DNA of 64,000 nt from the NCBI GenBank assembly GCA_937625935.1, contig OW569389.1, positions 248,001-312,000 of the forward strand. Reading direction: 5' to 3'. The notes beneath the pieces were generated by a model. That model did no database searches. It saw nothing but the letters and a program-made list of their open reading frames with translations, and was not told the origin of the DNA. Position numbers and translations under genes: made by a program. The DNA is from Tetramitus jugosus. Taxonomy: Eukaryota; Protista; Heterolobosea. Shown here one piece after another: positions 10,655 to 20,447 of the stretch; the stretch's first letter is position 1, and each line of letters starts with the position of its first letter.

Positions 10655-11362
10655 ATGACAAACGAACAGGAACAAGAGTTCGCCCTACAGCAGGGCAAGA
10701 CAGCTTCAGATCAGCTAAGAAAGTATACTACGTGCCAAGTTGCTGATGCTATGCACGTGTTGGGACTGATGCCATGCCACATCGATGGATTGTTCATGAT
10801 TTCTCCAGGTGATCCTCAAAAGGTAGATTGTAAGATCGTAGGGCCTGCGCACGTTGCTCAATTCGTTCCTTGTTCTGAATTGCCATCAGATCAAATTCTG
10901 AAACAGAACTTTGTCGATACGTGCTCTCAAGATTGTGTAGCGGTGATATCTGCTCGATCCTCGCTCAATACTCCCATCTTATCATGCAACTGGGGAGGAT
11001 TGATGGCATGTCGAGCAAAGAAGATTGGAGTTACGGGAGCAATTGTAGACGGAAGAGTAAGAGACATTGAGGAACTCCGCTCGATGGAATTTCCTGTTTT
11101 TTCAAAGGGTTCCGGAGTTCATGGAGCAAAGGGTTTCACCGTTCTGAAATCCATTGGCCAGGACGTGTCTTTATCCGGTGTTGTAGTCATGGAGGGTGAT
11201 ATTATCATGGCTGATATTAATGGTGTTGTTCGAGTGCCTCTCAGCCATTGGGAACAAGTACTCTCAAAGACAGAGGAACTGACAAGGCAAGATGATCTGT
11301 GCATGGCAGATCTAGAGTCTGGATATTCATTGAATGAAGCCTTCAAGAAACACAGAACATGA
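10655..11362 (+). CDS. RraA-like / HMG-CHA aldolase family protein
   Basis: TCQVADAM, CNWGGLMACRA, GAIVDGRVRDIEEL..FPVFS, GDIIMADINGVV motifs. Confidence 0.9.
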   Translation: MTNEQEQEFALQQGKTASDQLRKYTTCQVADAMHVLGLMPCHIDGLFMISPGDPQKVDCKIVGPAHVAQFVPCSELPSDQILKQNFVDTCSQDCVAVISARSSLNTPILSCNWGGLMACRAKKIGVTGAIVDGRVRDIEELRSMEFPVFSKGSGVHGAKGFTVLKSIGQDVSLSGVVVMEGDIIMADINGVVRVPLSHWEQVLSKTEELTRQDDLCMADLESGYSLNEAFKKHRT

Positions 11363-11613
11363 CATTTCGAAGTCAAAGATGGAGTTAGATAGAGCAATAA
11401 TTAATAACATAAAATGCGCACATTATCATAATCAGAAGTCCACACGTCTGTTTTGCGACTTTTTCTCCGGGTGTCAAACCCCTGAAATTTCGAACGAAAA
11501 AACCATCCAAATCAACTCACAACTCACAACCACACAAACAACCGTTGTTCAGGTGCCAAACAACACAACACGACATTTCCCAACCAACACACGTGAAAGA
11601 GACACACAACGAC

Positions 11614-14600
11614 ATGACAAAATCTCTGTGTGCGCGTGAGAGCACAACGACGACGAAGACGATGATCACAAGCAGCTTTCTCCTCCTCACCATCTTCTGC
11701 TTCCTTTTTTTTCATATCGGAGAAATAACATGTGCAACAAAAACTGCAGATTATTCAGTGTCAGAGATGGACATTAATTTTTTAAATATGACAAACACTA
11801 GGTTGTCCTACGTCATTGTACGTGATATCGACAAATCATCTGGAGAAGTTCGTGCAGAGTACATGCACTGGGCGGAGTTTATTTCTCCGACATGGAACCG
11901 TACAGACAAATGTCTAAATGGAGACACTGATCCATCTACGGATCCTTTGCCACCCAACAAGACTTATCGACACTTTTTTGCCAAATTTTCCATTGATACC
12001 AAGCAAGGCAAACACTATCCGACCAATGTTTTGGTTGCTGATCTGAATTATCCATTGGAACAACTGAGATGTTTCCTTGATTTGAGCACTGCCATTTATT
12101 GTATGCACGTTGATGTGTCTGGACCTAAAAAAAAGATTGTTCTCCACGTGGTAACCGTACCATTGAAGAAGGAGTTGCAAGTGAAGGAGACTATATTGGA
12201 TCTTGTTGGTTCTGATCGTTCTAGCTTCTTCCCTCCAAAGGACACTCAATTTGATATCAATTGGAGAGTCGATTATGTGCATGGATTTGAAAGAACAGCA
12301 CAAAACTATTATGCTTCTGTCTACAACAAGAACACTCTTGTGTTTTTCCAATTGACCATTGATCCAGTGACTCATCAAGCATCACTTGAGACTGAAGGAA
12401 AATTGGAGCTGAAGACGTTTAGGCTTCGAGAGTGTGAATCACTCGGTTCAAACTTTAATGAAAAGTACATACCCTATCGTATTATTTCATTGAAGAGAAC
12501 ACTGTTGGTGTTGTACCCTGGTGTTAGAACGGATCCACTAGCAGTCCCTGGTCGTACATCCTTGCTTGCTTCATTGTTTGCACGGAGTCCATTCACAGTG
12601 TCACACACACAAGTGATTAGTGACAATTATTCTACTTCAGTGTTGGTAGCTGGAGTCAGTGAAATGAATGTGCATGTTGCATTGAGTGCCATTTACTTTA
12701 CAACAAGAAATATGATGGACTACTCATATTGCATTATCATGTTGGAGATCAAGAGAGATTCATTGTCATGGAACAGATTTGAGGTTCGATTCCAGGAAGA
12801 CGGACAGTTTTTGCCAATGACTCCATCGTACAGAGTTCGGTCCTCTAGCAAAGTGGGATACGATTATCAATTGATGGTGTCAGATGGTGCGAAACAATGC
12901 GTGGCCAAACTGTGTATTATTCAAAGAACAATTTTTGACAATTGGTGCGGTCCTATTCTCAAGGACAGCAAACTCGATGACCCAGATCGAGAATTCATTC
13001 CTGTTGAGTCGGCGGATGAGAACAACACTCTTTTATCCATTAGTCCTGATCCAAGACTGTTTGAAACGTTTAATTTGACTCGAGTCAATGCGACAAAAAA
13101 TGCCGACTATATCGTGATTGTCCCGGGAACGAACACCAAATTAAATGTATTCAAGGCTACATCTGAGGGTTCAAAGTACACCTATATCTTGGGCCAACTG
13201 GTGAGCGACCATGGTTATATTGACATTTTAGTGTCGCTTGCCTATCAGCCAAAATTGTTAATCAATATTGACTATTTGGGTGAATTAACAAAGAATCGTG
13301 CTCACAACTTTTCATCCCTGATTTTAGATTACAATGAAAATATGTTGTATATGACATCTAGAATTGAAACAGAGGAGACAGTCCATATGATTTGGCGCTT
13401 GTGGCAATATGACATACAGGAGAGAATGCTACTTCCAGATGAAAAATTGTTGAATTCGAATGAAACGATCTTTGACGCACTCTACTATCGAGATTCATCC
13501 CAAATCTATCTATCAGGTCAAAAAATCGTTATCAAAAACATTGAGGACAATATCGAAGACTCAATACCAGCACCATTTCCTGTTGAAATGGGTATTCGAG
13601 GAGTTGTTCTAAGTGACTACTTCCAAGGAATTGGTATTTACTATGCCTCACAAGTGCTTACTGTAATTAGTTTTGGAGATTTGACAACACTAGCGACTAT
13701 TACCCTTGAATATGAACCTCGGTTTATTCTAACAAATCGTATGGATCGAGCCTATGTGGGCTACTATGATGGATCAAAAACGATCATATCGATGATCAAG
13801 AATGGCGAATTTCACTCAAAGTTAATTTACGTAACTGAAATAGCAGAGGATGTGATTTCTGCTACGTTGGTCAATCCATTGACCGCTGGTCGCTTTGATG
13901 GATTTGCTCTCCTCACCAAACATAAGCTCATCTACATGAACCGAGAGTGCAAGTTCCACAAAGAGTATCCTCTTCGATTCGAAAAGGGCTACCTCTTGAG
14001 TTTGAACAACACCGTTGTGGTCATTAATACTGATTTGACGGAGAGCGATGATACACCAAAGTCATATATTATGAATCGAATCATTCCTCCTTCTGGATCA
14101 TCTAGTCGTGGGGATATGAAAACAATTGCCATCGTCATTTCTTGTGTCTGCGGAGCTATCCTTATTGCCATTACCATAATTTCATCATTAACTGCGGGAG
14201 GACTTCTCGTAAACAGGTTGCAAAGAAGAAAAGCACTCAATGAATTGAATGAGCACCTGCTTCAAGAAGATTTCTCCTCTGTGTTCTCAGTTAATTCCAG
14301 TGTAACAACTGTTGGAGACGACACGATCCAGATTAAGAACTCTATCGCATGTTTGATCCCAATGCAACAACTACAGATCATGAAGAAAATATCTGAAGGT
14401 GCTTATGGAGTTGTATACTATGGAAAATGGAAGGGTGTCGAGGTTGCAATCAAGAGACTGAAAGTTGACGACAAGAAGGGTTTCGCCAGAGAAGTCAGCG
14501 TACTGAATGCCTTGCGTCATCCGAGTGTCGTTCTATTCTGTGGATTAAGCATTGACGACGCAGAAAATTTGTACATTATAACTGAATTTGTACCTGGTGG

Positions 14601-15357
14601 TACGTTAGATGAGGCAATCTACTCAAAACGGAGCAAGTCCAAGGACAAGCGCAAATTTTCCTTTGCCGACAAGGTTAGAATGCTCTTGGAGATTTGCAAT
14701 GCCATGGTGTATCTGCACGACTGTAACATCATGCATAGAGATCTCAAACCTGCTAATATTCTGTTGGATGCCAGCAATAACATCAAGTTGTGCGATTTTG
14801 GTGTGAGCAAAGTGGAGTCATCCCAGACCATGACTGGTGTAAATTATGGTACATTAGAGTATATGGCTGTCGAAATTATCCAGGATAACACGCACTACTC
14901 TCAAAAGTGTGATGTCTACAGTTTTGGTATCATGATGCATGAACTGTTCTTCATGGAGAAACCGTATAGCAGCTTCCAGCTGGATGAGAGCTCCTCCTCT
15001 GGTTCATCATCGGGCAGTCTTTCAAACAACAACAACTCAATCTTCTCACTAGGTTTCAAGGTACTCGAAGGAACACGTCCATTCATACCCGAAGTTCTCA
15101 TCGGCAGCAAAGATGCAATTGACAACATGTCCGATTCTGAATTGGACGACATGTTCGAATGGTTCGAAAGAAGTAACTACATACCAAAATCGCTCAATCT
15201 ACAGGATCAGAGCAAAAAGAGACAGTACTGTAAGGCTATGGTTCTATTTATTCACTTGTGTCAACAGTGCTGGAACAAGAAGCCTGACATTCGGCCTTCA
15301 TTTGAGGAGATTATTCCTCTCTTGATCCAAGTCAGAGACGCCATCCCTCCGCAATAA
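11614..15357 (+). CDS. Single-pass receptor-like TKL protein kinase with large ectodomain
   Basis: Signal peptide (FLLLTIFCFLFFHIG), about 800-aa ectodomain, TM IAIVISCVCGAILIAITII, kinase motifs EGAYGVV, VAIK, HRDLKPANILL, DFG, GTLEYMAVE, CDVYSFG, CW..RPSF. First ATG at 11614. Confidence 0.93.
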   Translation: MTKSLCARESTTTTKTMITSSFLLLTIFCFLFFHIGEITCATKTADYSVSEMDINFLNMTNTRLSYVIVRDIDKSSGEVRAEYMHWAEFISPTWNRTDKCLNGDTDPSTDPLPPNKTYRHFFAKFSIDTKQGKHYPTNVLVADLNYPLEQLRCFLDLSTAIYCMHVDVSGPKKKIVLHVVTVPLKKELQVKETILDLVGSDRSSFFPPKDTQFDINWRVDYVHGFERTAQNYYASVYNKNTLVFFQLTIDPVTHQASLETEGKLELKTFRLRECESLGSNFNEKYIPYRIISLKRTLLVLYPGVRTDPLAVPGRTSLLASLFARSPFTVSHTQVISDNYSTSVLVAGVSEMNVHVALSAIYFTTRNMMDYSYCIIMLEIKRDSLSWNRFEVRFQEDGQFLPMTPSYRVRSSSKVGYDYQLMVSDGAKQCVAKLCIIQRTIFDNWCGPILKDSKLDDPDREFIPVESADENNTLLSISPDPRLFETFNLTRVNATKNADYIVIVPGTNTKLNVFKATSEGSKYTYILGQLVSDHGYIDILVSLAYQPKLLINIDYLGELTKNRAHNFSSLILDYNENMLYMTSRIETEETVHMIWRLWQYDIQERMLLPDEKLLNSNETIFDALYYRDSSQIYLSGQKIVIKNIEDNIEDSIPAPFPVEMGIRGVVLSDYFQGIGIYYASQVLTVISFGDLTTLATITLEYEPRFILTNRMDRAYVGYYDGSKTIISMIKNGEFHSKLIYVTEIAEDVISATLVNPLTAGRFDGFALLTKHKLIYMNRECKFHKEYPLRFEKGYLLSLNNTVVVINTDLTESDDTPKSYIMNRIIPPSGSSSRGDMKTIAIVISCVCGAILIAITIISSLTAGGLLVNRLQRRKALNELNEHLLQEDFSSVFSVNSSVTTVGDDTIQIKNSIACLIPMQQLQIMKKISEGAYGVVYYGKWKGVEVAIKRLKVDDKKGFAREVSVLNALRHPSVVLFCGLSIDDAENLYIITEFVPGGTLDEAIYSKRSKSKDKRKFSFADKVRMLLEICNAMVYLHDCNIMHRDLKPANILLDASNNIKLCDFGVSKVESSQTMTGVNYGTLEYMAVEIIQDNTHYSQKCDVYSFGIMMHELFFMEKPYSSFQLDESSSSGSSSGSLSNNNNSIFSLGFKVLEGTRPFIPEVLIGSKDAIDNMSDSELDDMFEWFERSNYIPKSLNLQDQSKKRQYCKAMVLFIHLCQQCWNKKPDIRPSFEEIIPLLIQVRDAIPPQ

Positions 15358-15380
15358 TAATACTAATAATAACACATTCT

Positions 15381-16076
15381 CTAATTCTTTGCGACACCAA
15401 AAGTCAGTGAACCACTAAACTTTCTCACACCATGACCACTCTCAAACTCATCATTCACATAGAATCCAGTGTTCAATCCATAGTACGTATTCTCATAAAA
15501 CAGTTCATTGGCCAACTCATCTGAGTCAGCTGTCTGATAGTACACAAAGAACTCATTGGATGGACTGTGAAGCATAATGGTGTACGTTTCACCTGCTTCC
15601 ATGTAATATCCACCTGTAGCAGTAATGGTCAACATTCTCACACCATAACTACCACCACTGGATCGACTATCGACATGCATAAAGCTCTCAGTGATGGCAA
15701 TAGGCTCAAAAGCTTCAATTTCAATGCTCTTTTCATTGGCATGGAACCCTGCACGAATATACAATCTTCCGTCCTTGCAGTCCTTGATGCCTGATCGGAA
15801 TTTGATCGATCTGAGGCACATTCCTGTTTGTTGCTTGTTGTTCAACTCGAACAAGATGCCATTGTAGCTCGAATTGCAGAAACGGAGCTCTGATCCAATT
15901 TGGTGCTCCACATTTTTTAAATTTGTAGTGACAGCGGAGGAAATGATTTTGGCGGGACTGCCGTTGGCGTTTGACGCGTTGGCAGATGACGCATTGTCAC
16001 TATCTTTTCCACCCCGAGGAGTTTTGAGGATATTTTGCTTTGCAACTTCACTTTGCTTCTGATAGATGGCGTGCAT
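15381..16076 (-). CDS. Hypothetical protein (beta-rich C-terminal domain)
   Basis: ORF 15381..16172; likely start MHAIYQ at 16076 after an AAC-rich leader. No family recognised. Confidence 0.7.
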   Translation of the reverse strand: MHAIYQKQSEVAKQNILKTPRGGKDSDNASSANASNANGSPAKIISSAVTTNLKNVEHQIGSELRFCNSSYNGILFELNNKQQTGMCLRSIKFRSGIKDCKDGRLYIRAGFHANEKSIEIEAFEPIAITESFMHVDSRSSGGSYGVRMLTITATGGYYMEAGETYTIMLHSPSNEFFVYYQTADSDELANELFYENTYYGLNTGFYVNDEFESGHGVRKFSGSLTFGVAKN

Positions 16077-16354
16077 GTTAGTGTTACGCTGTTCTTTGTT
16101 GTTCTTGTTGTTGGTGTCACACCTGATTCGAACCAAATCTATTTGGCCGACTCTCAAAAACTTCAATGACATCTGACAAGTTTCGGAGATTTAGGTTGTA
16201 TTAAAAATAAGTAGATCTCAGATCTGGCTTTTATGAAGCTTATCAGTGTATTAATATTTTAGAAGTTTATGAGTTGAAATACCTACACTGTTGACTCAGA
16301 TTACCCACAAGTAATACAAATAAAACCAATACAATACATACATCCCCCACCATC

Positions 16355-17116
16355 ATGATTAGAAGAATTATCAATGTCAGACTAGTCTCAAAGAGACCAT
16401 TGTTATGTTCCCTTCAGCAACAACAACGACACTATGAATCCAAGACCAATGTTGCCAAGAACGTCGGTGAGAGAATGGACAAGGAACAAAAGGATGTCCT
16501 CAAAGGTTCCGCAGAAACGGAAGAACAAGCCTTTAGAGGGGAAGGAAACGTATACAATGACCACTTGAGAACTGGAAGGGGTATAACTTCTGATCAAACA
16601 GAAGCAATCGACTCCAACCAAGGATTCTATGACTCTAAAGTGTTCAGCTCCCAGGAAACGGACGAAACTATTGACCGAACAGCAGACAAGAGAAAAAACA
16701 TGACCCAAGAGGAAAGAGACCGAATCAGAGCAGAGATGGAAACTAGAGCCTACGATGAGAAACAAGCTCAGTACTCGACCGAGTTCAGAGACACGTATCA
16801 GGATGAAGCATTAGACAAGAAGAATCCACGAAGAAGTTCGTATGCCAGTGATCGAACATATGCCACAGGGTTGACCTCGGAGCAAAAAGTAAAGGAAGGA
16901 GCAATCAATCCCATTGAGGAAGACTTTACTCAAATGAAGGAAGACATTGACGAGGGCGAAAAGACACAGAGAACATTCCAACCAACAAGCGGAAAGACCC
17001 TCGTCAATGAAAAGTTGAGAGGTGTTGACAATGCGAAGAACGCAAACACAGAACCAATCTTTGACCGAAGTCCTTATGAAGAACAAACTCGAACAACCTC
17101 CAAAAAGAAGCTCTAA
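16355..17116 (+). CDS. Hydrophilic protein with mitochondrial-type presequence
   Basis: MIRRIINVRLVSKRPLLCSLQQQQRHY presequence with an R-3-like site; highly charged, low-complexity body. Confidence 0.75.
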   Translation: MIRRIINVRLVSKRPLLCSLQQQQRHYESKTNVAKNVGERMDKEQKDVLKGSAETEEQAFRGEGNVYNDHLRTGRGITSDQTEAIDSNQGFYDSKVFSSQETDETIDRTADKRKNMTQEERDRIRAEMETRAYDEKQAQYSTEFRDTYQDEALDKKNPRRSSYASDRTYATGLTSEQKVKEGAINPIEEDFTQMKEDIDEGEKTQRTFQPTSGKTLVNEKLRGVDNAKNANTEPIFDRSPYEEQTRTTSKKKL

Positions 17117-17164
17117 ATGCTTCTTCTCTCAATAAACGAAGCAACTGCACGATAAAAAGTACTG

Positions 17165-17237
17165 CGCCCACCGAGGGGCTCGAACCCTCGACCACAAGGT
17201 TAAGAGCCTTGCGCTCTACCGACTGAGCTAGACGGGC
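17165..17237 (-). tRNA. trnK-CUU: tRNA-Lys(CTT), identical to the copy at 1521-1593
   Basis: 73-nt sequence identical to the first copy; trailer CAGTACTTTTT. Confidence 0.98.
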
Positions 17238-17661
17238 CACATATCTATATTAAATATCGAAATTTCCCACGCATAATTGTTTTGCAAAAACACGAGGAGT
17301 TGGGAAGCGAAACTCTGGTGTGTTGGCTTTTTGTCCAATTTTAATGTTATTTGTTTGTTGATGTTAACTGATGAGCACATTTTGAAGTTATTGTGATCGT
17401 TGTGCTGTGCATTGGTGGTTCGATGGATGATGGATTGTTGATTGTTGGTGCTGAGAGATTTTGGTAAGAAGGTTATTGATCCGATTTGTCTTCATTGTAG
17501 CGGTTGAACTGTCGTTGTTGAAGAATTTGATCGATGAAAGTTCAATCAATTTTTCCGTCTGGTTGGTCAACCCGTCTCCAAACACTATTTTTTGAAAAAT
17601 TATTTGGCAATCCTCTCCAACAAACACAAAAACAACAATTTCTTAACAACTATACTACAAG

Positions 17662-17739
17662 ATGAGAGCAAAGTGGCGTAAAAAGCGCATGCGTCGTTTA
17701 CAAAAGAAGAGAAGGAAGATGAAGGCAAGATCCAAGTAA
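17662..17739 (+). CDS. RPL41: Ribosomal protein L41 (eL41/eS32), 25 aa
   Basis: Translates to MRAKWRKKRMRRLQKKRRKMKARSK*, near-identical to the universal eL41 peptide; below the ORF-track cutoff. Confidence 0.97.
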   Translation: MRAKWRKKRMRRLQKKRRKMKARSK

Positions 17740-17887
17740 ATTCCTCAACCGAAGTTTTTTGGAGATTGTTCACGACTAGCTGGTCGAATTTAACTGAATG
17801 AATGAATTAACAAAAGGCTTACAAAGGACTGGTGCAATTTGCAACGGTCAATAAAATCCCACTACAAATGGACAATTTTCTCAAACT

Positions 17888-19162
17888 TTATTTCTTGCTC
17901 TTTTTCTTTGTGCCAGCCTTTCTTTTCTGCTTTGCCAAGAGTCTCGCTCTCTTGATACCCTTCTCTCTGTTACTGAGCATTTGCTTCAGAATCTCCTTGA
18001 ACGTCTCCCCGTTAACTTGCTCATGAATTTTGAGCTTTGTGATCGTGATTCTCTTCTGAAGCATTTCCAACAACCTCTGCGCACAACGATCATCCAGAGA
18101 ATTCAAGTAGAGATTGAGATCAGTCAAGTACAACTCACCCAACAATTGATCAGCAGTCTTCTTCTTCACCACTCTCTTCTTTTCATTGGCTGAGGCAGAC
18201 GGAACGTATTCACCTCTCTGTCTTCTCTCCTCCTTCTCTTGTTCTATTCTCAATAGCTCTTGTTCTTCCTCTTCCTGAAGCTTGAGCACATCTCTCACTT
18301 TTTCCATGCCTTGTTCCTCTACTCCATCGCACAGTGCACACAATGCTTCATAGCCCTTGTCCCCACAGTCTCTGAACGGACAAGTCGCAGAGAGGTTGAG
18401 TGATTTGAGTTGAGGGTTCGCTCCAGGGAGTGCTTTTCCAATAGTTGTGATACCTTCGCATCCAATTGGGTTACCAGTGAGATCAATGCTTGTCAAGCTT
18501 TGATTCTTGATGAGAACTTCTTCACTGAAAGCCATCACTCCCTCAGCTCCAATTTGGCAGTATTGAAGACTGAGCGTTCGGAGTGAGGTGCTCCACGCGA
18601 GGCCCAATGACAAGAGAGAGCATCCTTCGTCACCCAAAGGATTAAAGTTCAAGTTTAAAACTTGAAGCACTTCATTGGTTTGAATTGATTTTCCCAAGTG
18701 CTTTGAACCAAGTGATCCAATTCGATTGTCGATCAATTCCAGTCTTGTGAGCACAGGATTCTGTTTGATGAACTGAGACAGAGTAATGGTACCAGTGTCT
18801 GCCAAATTTGCTCTCAGGAATGACATGTCTGAATAGTAGGGATATGTAGTCAGTGCTTGAAGCAATAGAGCTAAATCATGTTGACTCAATGCTGGAGGTG
18901 GACTCACAACGATTGGAATCGTTTTCATGTCCAATGGAGGACCCTCTTCTGACTTTGCAAGTTTCAATAGCTTCTGTACGAGTGGTGCATAGGGAGTATA
19001 GGTGACCACAGCAGTAGTACCACCGCTTTGGTTGTCTCTGCTGGTAGATGCCTCAGCACAAAGTTGTTCATAGCTCTTAATGAATCGACGGATTAACCTT
19101 CGATTCTTATCGACATCGTCTTCTTTCTTGGCTCCTCCAGAGCTACCACTCTTTTTTGACAT
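17888..19162 (-). CDS. RNI-like leucine-rich repeat protein
   Basis: Repeats LxxLxLxxNxIGxxG (LTRLELIDNRIGSLG, LQVLNLNFNPLGDEG, LTSIDLTGNPIGCEG); Lys-rich termini. Confidence 0.88.
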   Translation of the reverse strand: MSKKSGSSGGAKKEDDVDKNRRLIRRFIKSYEQLCAEASTSRDNQSGGTTAVVTYTPYAPLVQKLLKLAKSEEGPPLDMKTIPIVVSPPPALSQHDLALLLQALTTYPYYSDMSFLRANLADTGTITLSQFIKQNPVLTRLELIDNRIGSLGSKHLGKSIQTNEVLQVLNLNFNPLGDEGCSLLSLGLAWSTSLRTLSLQYCQIGAEGVMAFSEEVLIKNQSLTSIDLTGNPIGCEGITTIGKALPGANPQLKSLNLSATCPFRDCGDKGYEALCALCDGVEEQGMEKVRDVLKLQEEEEQELLRIEQEKEERRQRGEYVPSASANEKKRVVKKKTADQLLGELYLTDLNLYLNSLDDRCAQRLLEMLQKRITITKLKIHEQVNGETFKEILKQMLSNREKGIKRARLLAKQKRKAGTKKKSKK

Positions 19163-19249
19163 GATTACTTAGTCGTAGTCTTTATTCAAGATTGTTCCCG
19201 TTTTATTTACACCGTAAATATCACAATGCCAGAAATTTTCACGAGAGAA

Positions 19250-19491
19250 TCATGGTGAAAGGTTGAACACTCTTTCCACCGTTTTCTCAGACAATTCGAA
19301 TTTGTGGATGATGGTCCATTTGGTCGTGTCACCCTCAACGCTTATTCCATAGATCCTGAGAGCTATGAAGATTTGCACGAGTTTAGAGAAGTACTGGGTT
19401 GAACGATATCGGTGATGATCGTGATATGATTGATCTGATTACTTTTGGACTTCCATTGCCTTGGGAAGATGTCGGATTTCTTCTTAGCTAG
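19250..19491 (+). pseudogene. Decayed 3' fragment of a tandem paralog of the 19562-20410 gene
   Basis: 19365-19491 aligns at nucleotide level with 20280-20410 (atgaagatttgca..gtttagaga..actggg..atatgattgatctgatta.ttttg.acttccattgcc.tgg.a.gat.tcgga) and contains a frameshift. Confidence 0.85.
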
Positions 19492-19561
19492 GTGCAGCCC
19501 ACAACAAGAACAAGTCTTCCAGAAAAAAAGAGAAACCTGACCAGCATAGCAAACACCCAAA

Positions 19562-20410
19562 ATGAAGCGAAGGCGCATCGCATTACTCTCCCATGATGAA
19601 AATCCAAAGAAGATAGCCGTCCATCACACTGACGCCAACAACAAGAACATTGCAAAAGAAACCCGGTTCAATGACATCCCACCTGAGGTGTTATCCATCA
19701 TTATTGACTTTGTTCCATTTCGAAGTCAAACTATGACTAGATTTATCTTGACTAGTACACTAGTGTACAATTCTTTCAGAAATCATCGACACTTTGCTTA
19801 TTATCAATTTAGAAGTTCCATTCGCTTAGTACTACCGAACTATTTTTGCACTGAAATGAACACCTCAGATGCCATAGATGAACTAGATGAGTTACTTGTT
19901 CTGATCAAAGCACAGCGTGACAAAGTTCAAGCAATCGCTCTTTTAGAGCCAAAGAGAGCCATCTGGAAAAAGTGGGTTCTAAATGATCGGTCTGCTGCTG
20001 GCCTTTACCCAGAGAGTTCTGGTCTGTCATTGACTCAAAGACAAGCAGTGTATGACAAGTTTTTTAGTCTTGTCACTTTTGAGCTGGTAACAGTGAAGGT
20101 GAATGAAGAGGAAGTCAATAGAATTGCCAAAATACATATTGGAGCTGATATTTTACTCACGTATGAAGGTATACAAGGTGAAGAGAATTCTGCTAATCTC
20201 GATATTGTGTATGGAGATGATAGCCCTGGATATATCTGGATTGGTGATACATCTAGTCGTCCATATGACTTCATGAGCGATGAAGATTTGCAACAGTTTA
20301 GAGATGCACTGGGATTGACTAATATTGGTGATGATGATATGATTGATCTGATTATTTTTGCACTTCCATTGCCCTGGAAGGATATCGGACCTGGTTTAAT
20401 CCCTTTTTAG
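19562..20410 (+). CDS. F-box-like domain protein
   Basis: FNDIPPEVLSIIIDFVP F-box-like motif after a basic N-terminus. Confidence 0.75.
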   Translation: MKRRRIALLSHDENPKKIAVHHTDANNKNIAKETRFNDIPPEVLSIIIDFVPFRSQTMTRFILTSTLVYNSFRNHRHFAYYQFRSSIRLVLPNYFCTEMNTSDAIDELDELLVLIKAQRDKVQAIALLEPKRAIWKKWVLNDRSAAGLYPESSGLSLTQRQAVYDKFFSLVTFELVTVKVNEEEVNRIAKIHIGADILLTYEGIQGEENSANLDIVYGDDSPGYIWIGDTSSRPYDFMSDEDLQQFRDALGLTNIGDDDMIDLIIFALPLPWKDIGPGLIPF

Positions 20411-20447
20411 TGTGTTGAAGTTATCTTAGAAGATTGCAGAGTACAGC

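Noticed and set aside
17004-17240. [25 protein letters not shown]..., and the 5' extension of ORF 30..1553
   Set aside because: These are translation shadows of the tRNA-Lys genes.
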